Below, one piece after another: positions 29,702 through 39,841 of a stretch of 64,000 nt of DNA; the first letter of the stretch is position 1, and every line of letters starts with the position of its first letter. The DNA lies in contig JAHLWR010000001.1 of assembly GCA_019057815.1 (NCBI GenBank), positions 128,001-192,000 of the forward strand, given 5' to 3'. Made by a program: the position numbers and the translations under genes. The notes beneath the pieces are model-generated. The model ran no database searches, was not told where the DNA came from, and saw only the letters and a list, made by a program, of their open reading frames with translations. This DNA comes from Candidatus Heimdallarchaeota archaeon. Lineage in GTDB: Archaea; Asgardarchaeota; Heimdallarchaeia; Heimdallarchaeales; Heimdallarchaeaceae.

Positions 29702-31877
29702 TGTTTTCTTTGTTTAAGAACTGTATAAAATCATGAAATTCTTGATTTTCTGAGGATACTAATTCTTCTACCAAATCAAGACAATCCCTAAATGACAAAT
29801 TCTCCCACTTATCCTTGATAAAATCTGGTCTAGTTCTTTTGATCATAAATTCTAAATCTTTTTCCCATGAAAATATTTTTTGAGTTCTGACAAATTTCCT
29901 AATTTCACTGTTAAGTTCATTGAGTTTACTTTTGTCATTATCTAATGTAGAACCCTTTAAATCAACATCGAGGATATGTGTCAATATTTTCCCAATCCTA
30001 CTTTCTGTTATATTTTCTTTATTTGGTTTAAATGCATCAAAATCACACAATAACATGAAAGGTATTTCAAAGAATTTGACTATATTTAGAGCTTTTGAAC
30101 TATTGTCTTTTCCTGAGATTCTGATAATATCCCATTTGATTAGTGTATTATCTTCAAGAAAATTGAGACTATCTTGAATCATTCTTCTCTCTAATGATGA
30201 TTTGAGAGCAATTAATAATCTTTCATCATGTAAACCTTCTACAAAAATAACACCTGTAGAGAAAAACAGGTCAGCTAAATCTGGATCTAACAGGAAGTTT
30301 CTATATTTTTGCTTATTTTGTTTTATCTCTTTTTTTTCAAAAAAATCTTTCATATATTTGACATTGCTTCCTTTATCACCTTTAGAGCATCTAAGTATAG
30401 AATCAAGGAGTTCATCAGATATTAAATCTGAAGTATGAGTTACTAACAGATAAGTACGTTCTTTATCTAGTTTAATATAATCTCTAAGTTTTTTTCGCAA
30501 GGAAGGATGGAGAGTTTTACCAGGTTCATCTAATATAACTGTATCAGCTTCAAATCCATGTATTGCACTTAAAACCATTATTACTTCATATGCTCCTCCA
30601 GGAGAAGTCTTTAAACTAAAAGAAATTTTACTTGTTGTATCTTGAAATTGAATTTCTGGTCTCTTTGCTGTAATCTTAACATTAGGTTTTGATTTGATGA
30701 AATATTTTGTAACTTGATTAGATGATGATTCTGTTTCTGGTTCAATAAAGAGAGTTTGAGTTTTTTCTAAATTCACATCTTCTGATTGTAAAACTACATT
30801 TATCTCATAGTTTCCATTAAATAATTCTTTAAATAATTTTTTAATCTTTTTAAATGTTTTTTGTTCTTTAGGATCAGGACTTGTAGCTTTTTTGAAAAGC
30901 TCATTCTCAACTTTTTTCAGAGTTAATACATTAGCAGGTGTATGCCAACTTTTAGAAACAAATTTTTCTTTTATCAATCCTCTATCTTCACGTAAAATTA
31001 CTACTTTCTTCTTGATTAAATCTGAAAGAAATTCCCCTAGATATTTTGGATATTCCTTGCTTTCTAACTCATATCCCCAATCTCTTAGTAAAAGCTTAAA
31101 ATCTACTGAAATATCATGTAAACTTGAAATAGCATCAATATTGTTAAAGTCCAGTTCTTTGAGATTTAATGTTAACTCTTTTCGTAAGATCTTTTCAAAA
31201 AAATCTTCGTAGAATAATTTTTCAATATCGTGCTCTTCCAATTCTTCATCTTTTTGTTTTTCCTTTGAATTAAATACATTGATTGAATCGACACATCTCC
31301 CGATTTCATCGAAATAGATCATTGATGTATTTTTAATATCATCAAAATTCACATCATGAGACTTTTTATTGTTAATCAAAGTGATTATGTTAGAAAAAGG
31401 ATTCTTAATAAAAATTCTACATTTTTCATTAAGAGAAAGAATCATAAAGTAACGCAATTGCTCTGTATTTCTGTTGTCCGTTTTAAAACCAATCCGCAAT
31501 TTTAAAAAGGAATTCTCAAAAAGATTTTGATATTTTTTATAAAAGGAATGGATTGCAATTTCACCCAGCTCTTTTTTAGAACTAATATGCATTGAACCCA
31601 TAGATAAAACTAAGAATTTTTTTATAAACTCTTTTTCATATTCTTGGAGTTCAAAATCCAAATAAATTAGTGTTTTTTCTCTTGAATTCCAATAAGGATG
31701 TTGATACCAATCTATCCTATCTGAGGAAGAGTTAGAAATAATAAAATCTATTATTCTAATAATATTTGATTTACCCGAACCATTTTCTCCAACTATAATG
31801 GACTTATCGTCTAGTATAATATCTTGTTCTTGATAATAAGAAAGAAAATTCTTGATAAAAATTCTCTTTAGTTTCAT
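29685..31877 (-). CDS. OLD-family ATP-dependent nuclease (ABC ATPase plus TOPRIM)
   Basis: IKNFLSY, Walker A GENGSGKS, Walker B ILDEP..LHP, VTH, TOPRIM FVEG-x-x-D and DFD, DLE. Confidence 0.88.
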   Translation of the reverse strand: MKLKRIFIKNFLSYYQEQDIILDDKSIIVGENGSGKSNIIRIIDFIISNSSSDRIDWYQHPYWNSREKTLIYLDFELQEYEKEFIKKFLVLSMGSMHISSKKELGEIAIHSFYKKYQNLFENSFLKLRIGFKTDNRNTEQLRYFMILSLNEKCRIFIKNPFSNIITLINNKKSHDVNFDDIKNTSMIYFDEIGRCVDSINVFNSKEKQKDEELEEHDIEKLFYEDFFEKILRKELTLNLKELDFNNIDAISSLHDISVDFKLLLRDWGYELESKEYPKYLGEFLSDLIKKKVVILREDRGLIKEKFVSKSWHTPANVLTLKKVENELFKKATSPDPKEQKTFKKIKKLFKELFNGNYEINVVLQSEDVNLEKTQTLFIEPETESSSNQVTKYFIKSKPNVKITAKRPEIQFQDTTSKISFSLKTSPGGAYEVIMVLSAIHGFEADTVILDEPGKTLHPSLRKKLRDYIKLDKERTYLLVTHTSDLISDELLDSILRCSKGDKGSNVKYMKDFFEKKEIKQNKQKYRNFLLDPDLADLFFSTGVIFVEGLHDERLLIALKSSLERRMIQDSLNFLEDNTLIKWDIIRISGKDNSSKALNIVKFFEIPFMLLCDFDAFKPNKENITESRIGKILTHILDVDLKGSTLDNDKSKLNELNSEIRKFVRTQKIFSWEKDLEFMIKRTRPDFIKDKWENLSFRDCLDLVEELVSSENQEFHDFIQFLNKENIIQTY

Positions 31878-32331
31878 ACTAAATGATTAACAAAGATAAC
31901 ATAATAACAATTTCTATTGATTATCTAAATTATTCTGTAGGAGGAGGATTAATAAGATAAGAATCTATATTATTAGTAAAAAAGGATTTAAAAGCCACCT
32001 AGATAAATAATATAATTAAGACTTTATGATATATTGGCGAGCTTAGTTTAAATAATCTATTTAACTATGTTTCTCAAAATTCATGGACTTTTATACTTTC
32101 TTTCTTCTCTCTCAGTTGAAAGTGTTTTGAGAGCTTCTAACAATTGGCAAATTTCTTTATACAGAAATAGAGAGTTCAGAGAAGAAAATAAGAGGAGAAA
32201 AAGTCTGTAGAAACTGTTGAACTGTTTTAAGAGAGAAAATGATAGAGGAAGAGATTCAAGGAATAAATCAGTAAGTAATCTATCTATCATCTTAAGACAG
32301 AAAAGCATTTAGTTTATTATCCTTGAATTAA

Positions 32332-32970
32332 TTAAGAATTTGAATCTAAATCTTCTGTATCCAATTTCCTTAAATATATTATTAATATCACTAACATTAT
32401 TAACACTAAACCAGGACCTCCAACAAAAGCCCATATATGTTTAATATTCAAACCAAACGTGTTTATCATAACATCTCCGAGAATAAAACATAGGCAGATC
32501 ATGCTCTGAATTATATTTACATTAGCAACAAGTTCTGAATAAGATGATTCTCCATGTGCGCTGAGAAAAAGTATAGGTAGTAATATTATATTTACAAAGA
32601 ATAAAATTATGATTGAACCAAAATAAAGGTAAAGAGCTGATGGATTCATTGTTATTTCCATGGAACTGGTTAAAATAAATGCTACAATTGCAAAATGGAA
32701 TCCAGATATTGTGACTGTTTTTAATATAATTGAGTATATCATCTTTGAACTTTCTTCTTTTCTTTTATCAGATAGTTTTTTTATCAGAACCTTGTAAAGT
32801 TTCTTTTCTTTTAAACTCTCAATTCTTTCTTCCTTATCTTTATCATCAAAAATCCCTTCTTGAATAAGTTGTGAATATCTTTGATATACCATTTCTTGCT
32901 CCAGTTCTTGCTCTAATTCAGACAACAACGAATCTTTTTCCTTTTTTCTTTCAGGTTTATTTGTTTGCAT
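32332..32970 (-). CDS. Hypothetical protein with charged N-terminus and 4 TM helices
   Basis: ORF composition; GGAG RBS. Confidence 0.7.
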   Translation of the reverse strand: MQTNKPERKKEKDSLLSELEQELEQEMVYQRYSQLIQEGIFDDKDKEERIESLKEKKLYKVLIKKLSDKRKEESSKMIYSIILKTVTISGFHFAIVAFILTSSMEITMNPSALYLYFGSIIILFFVNIILLPILFLSAHGESSYSELVANVNIIQSMICLCFILGDVMINTFGLNIKHIWAFVGGPGLVLIMLVILIIYLRKLDTEDLDSNS

Positions 32971-33179
32971 TTAACTCTACTCCACTCATTGGATATTTGT
33001 GTATTCTAAGTATATAAAACTAGTTTTTTAGTGTACTTCTTTTTATAGTTAAGAAATGATCTTTGAAGTGATAGGTGAGAAAAAAATTCTCTTCGACCTT
33101 CTCACTACAAATTTGAAGAGAAAAAGACTGATATAGAACTCACTTATCCATTCAAATTTACATCACTTCAAGGTTTCTT

Positions 33180-33530
33180 CTTATCTCTATTCTTGATTCC
33201 ATTTTTCTTATCTTAGGTAAAATATCATAAAGTCTTATCTGTTTCTTTATTCTTAGAAATCAAATCATATAATGATATTGGTTATTCGTAGTAATGGTAA
33301 TGCTGTAGAAACATCGTCTTTTATATCAAGTTGTCCTGGATATACAGATTCATTTCCTATTACCCTCAAGGTGTCCAGTGCCTTTTGTATTTGAAAATCT
33401 AGATTTTTAGCTACCAAATTTTTAATATCAGTATTTATATTATCACCTTTCTCACCAAAACAAGGCATAAGTTTCTGGAGAGCAAGTCGAAGGAGATCGG
33501 CTGAACCTATTGGTGAAAGATTTATGAACA
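33180..33530 (-). pseudogene. DUF4145-domain gene fragment
   Basis: LSP-x-GSA-x-LLRLALQKL..GE-x-G..IQKALD-x-LRVIGNESV-x-PG-x-LD; no proper N-terminus, tail disrupted. Confidence 0.7.
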
Positions 33531-33609
33531 ACCCACCAAAAAATATATTGCCCAAAAGTGTAACCAATCTTAGTTGAGTTAACAATACTACATTTGAACC
33601 TCGTATATT

Positions 33610-33928
33610 TAAAAGCATGTCCCAAAACTATTCTGAGTATTGTCAAGATGCTTTTCAACGTAGGTAGACCTTTCTCTAAATCATCAAGGTTCTTGTTTTT
33701 AGTTTCATCTAAATCTTTGATACCACCATGGAGCTTGAGAGCACGAGCGGTGACGACGATAACAACAGCATTGATGAAAGTGTTGTACTGCCTAGCGACA
33801 ATATCAACAAACTTATCGAAACCGAGGTCAGTAGCAAAACCACACTCAGTGAGAACCTAATCAGCAAGCTTCAAAGCAAGTTTAGTTCAAATAATACTGC
33901 TGTTCCCGTGCGCTATGTTAGCGAAGGG
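33610..33928 (-). pseudogene. fhs: Formate--tetrahydrofolate ligase internal fragment
   Basis: Hand translation [41 protein letters not shown]...AVVIVVTARALKLHGG; two stops, then a frameshift before VEKHLDN. Confidence 0.88.
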
Positions 33929-34017
33929 TCTAATTGGTAATAATAAATAATGAATAGCAATAGTTATAATAAGCTGTAAATTTGCAGTAACAAGGAAATG
34001 AAAAGGAGAGAGTATTA

Positions 34018-34341
34018 TTGGAACTAATTAGGTCTCTTAGGAAATTAACTAATAACATATTTGAAATGAGAAGAGGAATTGAAAAGAAAGATAGAAGAGT
34101 TGCGTTATTTATTCCTTTGGTAATGTCTTTTGATTTATTGACTCTTTTCATAATCTCTTTATTTTATAATGGAGAATTAATAGGTTTCAACATAATTCTT
34201 ATCATAGCATTTGTAATACCTTTAATATTATCAACCTTTTTATTAATATATTTCCTTCATCTTATGGCATATAAAAGTTCAAACAAAAGTGAAATACAAA
34301 CATCAGCTTTTCACCCAGACGAGCTTTTCAAGTGGAAATAG
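34018..34341 (+). CDS. Hypothetical 2-TM protein (possibly truncated)
   Basis: Two hydrophobic helices; start uncertain. Confidence 0.45.
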   Translation: MELIRSLRKLTNNIFEMRRGIEKKDRRVALFIPLVMSFDLLTLFIISLFYNGELIGFNIILIIAFVIPLILSTFLLIYFLHLMAYKSSNKSEIQTSAFHPDELFKWK

Positions 34342-34501
34342 AGAGATAAAAACATAGAATAATAGTTGAAACAATCGACAAGAGAGTATAAGCAAAAATT
34401 CAAACATATGGATTATATTAGAAAGATAAAGATCATATTGCTTTTTTATTCATCTTTTTTCCTTCTTTATCTTCAGAGGATTGGAGGATGAACTTGCAAA
34501 A

Positions 34502-34729
34502 CTACTTTGTATGAAAGTAATCAGCTAAAGTTGTTTGTTTATTGGTTTTAAGTTCGTTTTTCAATTGATCGATAAACCACTTTTTGAGTTTCATAGTCTT
34601 AGGTTCAATAACACTCTTAGGAATCCAGACGGGGTCGTCTGTTAATTTAATAATGGTAGCAAAATAAGCTTTCTCAGTTTCTGTATGTATCATTCCTAAT
34701 TGAAAATCAGAGAACAGGTTAGAATCCAT
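34502..34729 (-). CDS. Small virus-like protein with C-terminal PIP-box-like motif
   Basis: ETEKA...VWIPKS motif; ends KQTTLADYF; ATG 34729 (MDSNLF) preferred. Confidence 0.65.
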   Translation of the reverse strand: MDSNLFSDFQLGMIHTETEKAYFATIIKLTDDPVWIPKSVIEPKTMKLKKWFIDQLKNELKTNKQTTLADYFHTK

Positions 34730-34976
34730 AATTTTGAAATTAAGATTTCGATATTTAAACAATAAAATACCTTTTCTCTGTTTTATCTTTAATTTATAGT
34801 TTAGAAACACACATCAGTAATCTTTCAATAAAAGAATCAACAAAGACAGGATTATATTAGAACTTATTCTTCAAAAAGGAAAAGCTATTTCTTCTCCTCG
34901 TAATAGTATGGTTTTGTTAAACAAAATGGCTAAGAAAAGAGATAATTAAACTTAAAAAGACACAATTTATCTTGTT

Positions 34977-35480
34977 GTGATGTTTGATATTCCTCTTATT
35001 AAACAAAAAGGAAATTTTATGTGTATTCCTGCTTGTGTCGAAATGGCTCTTCGATTTTTAGATAAATCTATTGAAATCAACCAAAATGATATAATGAAAC
35101 AACAATGGATGAATAAAGAAGGTTATGTCCCTAAAGAATATCAAAACAGAAGAGATAGTGGAATATCCTTTGGCAACATAAAAAGAAATCTAGATGAGTT
35201 GAAGATAAAGAGAAATGTTATTTTCATAAAAGGAAAAGAAGAAGGAAAGAGTCCTGCGATTATATTGGAATCAGTTAAAGAAATATTAGAATTAAAACAT
35301 GTTCCTGTTTTGATTTCATTGAAAAAAACATATAATAAATGTCATATTGTTCTAATCACAGGAATAGATGGTGAGAATTTTTATTATAATGATCCAGCAA
35401 AAACTGTCAAAGAACAAAAAAATATTTTTTATTTTACTGATAATTTAGCTGATGATATGCATTATATGTATATTACATAG
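34977..35480 (+). CDS. C39-like papain-fold cysteine peptidase
   Basis: Q-x5-C-x-PAC-x-x-M, HIVLITG, YYNDP. Confidence 0.85.
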   Translation: MMFDIPLIKQKGNFMCIPACVEMALRFLDKSIEINQNDIMKQQWMNKEGYVPKEYQNRRDSGISFGNIKRNLDELKIKRNVIFIKGKEEGKSPAIILESVKEILELKHVPVLISLKKTYNKCHIVLITGIDGENFYYNDPAKTVKEQKNIFYFTDNLADDMHYMYIT

Positions 35481-35625
35481 CATTAATTCTTCTAGAAAAG
35501 CACTCATACAATAAATAGCGTTTCATTATTCCAAATATTTCTATGTTCTAATGTACATTTTAAAAACAGTTCCCTTCCATTTATCAGTTACATTCATGTA
35601 AATATTTCAGTAAGTATTTAGTAAA

Positions 35626-38600
35626 TTAAGATGGAACTGAAGCCCATTCTTCACCAAATAACTGTGCTTGTTCCATTATTAGCTTAACAGCTTGAGATGT
35701 CTGATCAGGGGGATATTTATATTTTCTCAAAAGTCTGCGTATAGAGATACGCATTCGAGCTTGAACGCTTTTCTTGACAGTAAAATCGATAGTAGCAGAT
35801 TTTCGTACTTCAGCAACAAGCTCCTTAGCAATTTGTTTGAGAGTTTCATCTTTCATAAGTTCGACAGCACTCTGATTAGTAGTAATGGCGTCATAAAAAG
35901 CTACTTCATCATCATTAAGTCCAAGGTCTTCGCCTCGTTTGAAAGATTGTTGCATATCTCTTGCTAAAGAAAGTAGTTCCTCTAAAATAGCAGCGGAAGC
36001 TATAGTACGATTGATATATTTGTTGATAGCCTTCTTGAGCAGTTCCTCAAAAGAACGAGATTGAACCAAGTTTTTCTTAGCTCTAGATTTGATCTGGTCC
36101 TGTAGTAATTTATTTAACAATTCAACAGCTAAATTCTTCTGTTTAAGATCTTTAACTTCTTCAAGAAAATCTTCAGATAAAATAGAGATTTCAGGTTTTT
36201 TGAGACCAGCAGCGGAGAAAATATCTATAACATCTTCAGAGAGAACTGCACGGGAAATCAGTTGTTTGATAGCAAAATCAATTTTATCTTTTCGTTTTTT
36301 AGAAGGCATGGTAGTTTTAACAAAACCAACTCTAATGGCTTGAAAGAAAGCTAAATCATTACGAATTGCTAAAGCTTCATTATGAGGGATAGCTAAAGCA
36401 AAAGCTTTGTTTAAAGCAGCTAAGTTGTCTAGAAATCTCTTCTTAGCAACCTTTGGATCTTCATTAGGAGTTTTCAATATATGTTCCATAGCTAAAGGGA
36501 GTAAATTTAACCTCTGTAAAGGGCTACCATCTTCAAAAACAGAATAATCAAAATTGTAAAACATATCAGAGACAATCTCATAATAGGTTAGCATTAACTC
36601 AACAGCTTTTTCTTGAGGAATGCCAGTCTGATCACGAGATTCCTGATTAGAGTATTTGGATAAAGCTTGTTTGAGATAATAACCAATGCCAATATAATCG
36701 ACAATAAGACCACCAGGTTTCTCTTTGTAAACACGATTGACTCTAGCGATGGCCTGCATGAGATTGTGACCATGCATAGGTTTGTCAATATACATAGTAT
36801 GCATAGGAGGGACATCAAAACCAGTTAACCACATATCACGGACAATGACAATTTCTAATTCATCTTCAGGATCTTTCAACCTTGTTTCGATAATGTCTCT
36901 CTTACGTTTTGATCGAATATGCGGTTGAAGAAAAGCATCATCACCAGCAGAACCACTGATAACAACTTTAATGAAACCTTTAGTAACATCATCAGAATGC
37001 CAAGAAGGACGAAGTTTAATGAGTTCGTTATAAAGAGAAACACATATTCTACGAGACATGCAGACAATCATACCTTTACCTTCAATAACATCTAGACGTT
37101 GCTCAAAATGGTCAACAATATCCTCAGCAACCTCTTTCAAACGGTCAGGGTCGGAAACTAGTTGAACGACTCTAGACCATTTAGATTTGAGTTTTTCTTT
37201 AGCATAATCTTCTTCAGTTTCAGTAATTTCATCAAATTCCTCGTCGATATGCCCTTCTAAATCCTCATTGAGTTTGATTTTGGCTAATCGCGATTCATAG
37301 TAAATAGGAACAGTAGTTTTATCCTTGATAGCTTGAGAAATGTCGTAAATGCTGATATAATTACCAAAAACATTAATGGTATTTTTATCAACTAAATCAA
37401 CAGGAGTGGCAGTAAAACCAATAAATGAAGCGTTAGGAAGAGCTTTACGAATATGGGCAGCAAAACCTTCTTTTAATTTACCTTCTTCAGAGAGTTTCTT
37501 CTCAAACGAGTATTGGCTTCTATGAGCTTCATCAGCAATAACAACAATATTCCTACGTTCTGATAAAAGAGGATACTCCTCTTCTATCTTTTCAGGAAGG
37601 AATTTTTGAATAGTAGTAAAAATTACTCCACCACCAGAAGTTTTGAGCAAATCTTCAATATTATTTCTAGTAGATTCTTTCATTTTTTCATTAAATCTTC
37701 TTGCAGTAGCCTGTATAGGTGTTTGACGGAGTAAATCGCTAGAAACAGAAAAAGTAGTAAAGAGTTGTCTATCTAAATCGTTACGATCAGTAATAACTAC
37801 AACAGTAGGATTGTTAAGTAATTGAATAATTTTAGCTGTATAGAAAAGCATAGTTAAGCTTTTACCAGAACCTTGAGTATGCCAAACAACACCTATCTTC
37901 TGATCTCCTAGCTCTTCAGAAGCACGTAAAGTTTCGGAAATAGCACGGTTAACAGCATGGAATTGGTGGTAAGCAGCAGATTTTTTGACTATTTGCTTAC
38001 CATCATCTTCAAAAGTAATAAAGAAGCGGATATAATCCAGTAATCTGTGTGGATCTAAAATTCCTCTAATCAAAACCTCATAAGACATTTTAGAAGAATC
38101 AGCTAAGGTTACACCTTCGATAGTACGCCAAGGAGTGAAACGTTCCCAATCAGCAGAAAGACTACCAACTTTGGATTCATGACCATCACTGATAACAATT
38201 AATTCGTTGGTTCGGAATAAAGAAGGAATCTCATGTTTATAGGTTTGGATTTGATTGAAAGCCTCTCTTACAGTCGTTTCCTCTTTAGAAGGATTCTTGA
38301 GTTCGATAACTACAAGAGGAATACCGTTGATAAATAAAACAATGTCAGGGCGACGATTATGTTGGTTAGCACCAATGCCTTCGATAACAGTAAATTGGTT
38401 GACAGCTAAGAAATCGTTATTATCAGGATTAGTAAAATCGATAATTTTGATAAAATCACTCTTGACTCGACCATCTTGATAATAATCAACTTCTACACCC
38501 TCAACAAGTAATTTATGAAAAGATAGGTTATTGTGCAACAATTCAGGGGAATCTATGCGATTGAGTTTCTTAAGAGCATCTTCAAGAGCACTTTTGGGTT

Positions 38601-38787
38601 TAGTAGGATTGAGTCTGAATAAAGCTGTTCTTAAACGTTCTTGGAGAATAGTTTCAGAATAAGATGAACGTTCTGGATAATCTCCCGTAGGAGCAATATC
38701 AGGACCAAAGATAATTTTGTAATCTAAATCTTTGAGAATTTCTAAAGATGCTTCTTCTAATTGTTCTTCAGTGATTTTCAGTTTCAT
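35626..38787 (-). CDS. hsdR: Type I restriction endonuclease subunit R
   Basis: PD-x-VLFING..IELK nuclease, WHTQGSGKS, DEAHR, FTATP, MWLTGFD, QAIARVNR. Confidence 0.97.
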   Translation of the reverse strand: MKLKITEEQLEEASLEILKDLDYKIIFGPDIAPTGDYPERSSYSETILQERLRTALFRLNPTKPKSALEDALKKLNRIDSPELLHNNLSFHKLLVEGVEVDYYQDGRVKSDFIKIIDFTNPDNNDFLAVNQFTVIEGIGANQHNRRPDIVLFINGIPLVVIELKNPSKEETTVREAFNQIQTYKHEIPSLFRTNELIVISDGHESKVGSLSADWERFTPWRTIEGVTLADSSKMSYEVLIRGILDPHRLLDYIRFFITFEDDGKQIVKKSAAYHQFHAVNRAISETLRASEELGDQKIGVVWHTQGSGKSLTMLFYTAKIIQLLNNPTVVVITDRNDLDRQLFTTFSVSSDLLRQTPIQATARRFNEKMKESTRNNIEDLLKTSGGGVIFTTIQKFLPEKIEEEYPLLSERRNIVVIADEAHRSQYSFEKKLSEEGKLKEGFAAHIRKALPNASFIGFTATPVDLVDKNTINVFGNYISIYDISQAIKDKTTVPIYYESRLAKIKLNEDLEGHIDEEFDEITETEEDYAKEKLKSKWSRVVQLVSDPDRLKEVAEDIVDHFEQRLDVIEGKGMIVCMSRRICVSLYNELIKLRPSWHSDDVTKGFIKVVISGSAGDDAFLQPHIRSKRKRDIIETRLKDPEDELEIVIVRDMWLTGFDVPPMHTMYIDKPMHGHNLMQAIARVNRVYKEKPGGLIVDYIGIGYYLKQALSKYSNQESRDQTGIPQEKAVELMLTYYEIVSDMFYNFDYSVFEDGSPLQRLNLLPLAMEHILKTPNEDPKVAKKRFLDNLAALNKAFALAIPHNEALAIRNDLAFFQAIRVGFVKTTMPSKKRKDKIDFAIKQLISRAVLSEDVIDIFSAAGLKKPEISILSEDFLEEVKDLKQKNLAVELLNKLLQDQIKSRAKKNLVQSRSFEELLKKAINKYINRTIASAAILEELLSLARDMQQSFKRGEDLGLNDDEVAFYDAITTNQSAVELMKDETLKQIAKELVAEVRKSATIDFTVKKSVQARMRISIRRLLRKYKYPPDQTSQAVKLIMEQAQLFGEEWASVPS

Positions 38788-39763
38788 CAACCTCATTATA
38801 CTCATATAAATATTGAATTTCATTATCAAAGGTGTCAAAAAAAATGATCAATCGTAATAAACCAGTCTTTATTTTCGCTAATAAAGAAATCTTTCTAAAG
38901 GTTTCAAAATCTTCTTTCTCTAATACAAACTCTAAATCATTGAAATCTGATGATTCAATCTTCTCAATTGATTCTATCTCTCTTATAGATTTTAAAGTGT
39001 TGATAGATCCTATTTCATCCATGACAAATTCATTCAATTTTTCAAGAAAATATTCTGAATTTAGGAAATTTATTAGTTTATAAGATTTTATCATATCTTG
39101 ATAAATTCCCTCTAGTTCAGCAAGAAGAAACTCTGTACTACTTCTTATTTTTAAATCTTTATTAAAACTACTTTCAAAATCTTCTGATAGATGGTCAAAA
39201 TCTACTGTATTTTCTGTTAACAAGAAATAATTAGAATAATCATTTATCTTTCCATAATTTAATATGGTTTCCCATATTATAGCATCTTTGAAACCCTTTC
39301 CTTTTCTATGAAAAGGGGGATACTTCTTTATTGCCTTATCCATTAATTTTTCAAATACATTATGATATTTCTCTTTCTCGAGATTTAATTTAACAATAAA
39401 GTTATTCTTTTCAATATAATCATCAATTAGTTTTTGCATATATCTTTGATATTGGAATTCTTTATTTGGGTAGATAATATTTTCAAAATCGGTTTCTGGA
39501 ATCTTTTCTAATTTCTTCGTATTCTGTTTGATAGATACTATTGCTTTGTTGAAATTATCTGTTCTAGCATTAATTATCTCATCTATTACGATTTGTGGGA
39601 TTCCAACATAGATAATTTCAGAAAAATTGCCAGATTGAATAAACTCAATTATTTTCAGAAAATCTCCTTTTGGTTCAAAATCAGTAAAATCTTTTTCCCA
39701 TTCTAAGTTTCTGCGAATTTTATTTGTATCTAAAATTACTAAGGTTTTTTCTTTTTCTATCAA
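38768..39763 (-). CDS. PIN-domain protein (DUF4935/PIN_12-like)
   Basis: VILDTN, IPQIVIDE, PF..KGFKDAIIWETIL, LTEN-x-x-DF. Confidence 0.82.
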   Translation of the reverse strand: MIEKEKTLVILDTNKIRRNLEWEKDFTDFEPKGDFLKIIEFIQSGNFSEIIYVGIPQIVIDEIINARTDNFNKAIVSIKQNTKKLEKIPETDFENIIYPNKEFQYQRYMQKLIDDYIEKNNFIVKLNLEKEKYHNVFEKLMDKAIKKYPPFHRKGKGFKDAIIWETILNYGKINDYSNYFLLTENTVDFDHLSEDFESSFNKDLKIRSSTEFLLAELEGIYQDMIKSYKLINFLNSEYFLEKLNEFVMDEIGSINTLKSIREIESIEKIESSDFNDLEFVLEKEDFETFRKISLLAKIKTGLLRLIIFFDTFDNEIQYLYEYNEVDETENH

Positions 39764-39841
39764 ATCTTTCCCTCTTGTAACATTTCCTTTAAATAATATC
39801 TCTAATATATTGTTTGATTAAGTAAACGTGTTTTAATTGAG

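Noticed and set aside
29685-31877. Gabija or retron system call
   Set aside because: No UvrD/GajB helicase or reverse transcriptase adjacent
26788-32207. Similar motif of about 30 bp (ataaga(a)ggagaaaaagtct) at about 26800 and 32190 as att sites
   Set aside because: Short, imperfect and low-complexity purine sequence; could be chance
32081-32308. 75-aa minus-strand ORF
   Set aside because: Likely a by-product of a purine-rich patch; no motif support
33594-33940. Plus-strand ORFs 33594-33860 and 33728-33940
   Set aside because: Antisense to the recognisable fhs pseudogene
26700-35620. Integron cassette array
   Set aside because: Mixed gene orientations, no repeated RYYYAAC...GTTRRRY attC sites found by eye, no integrase
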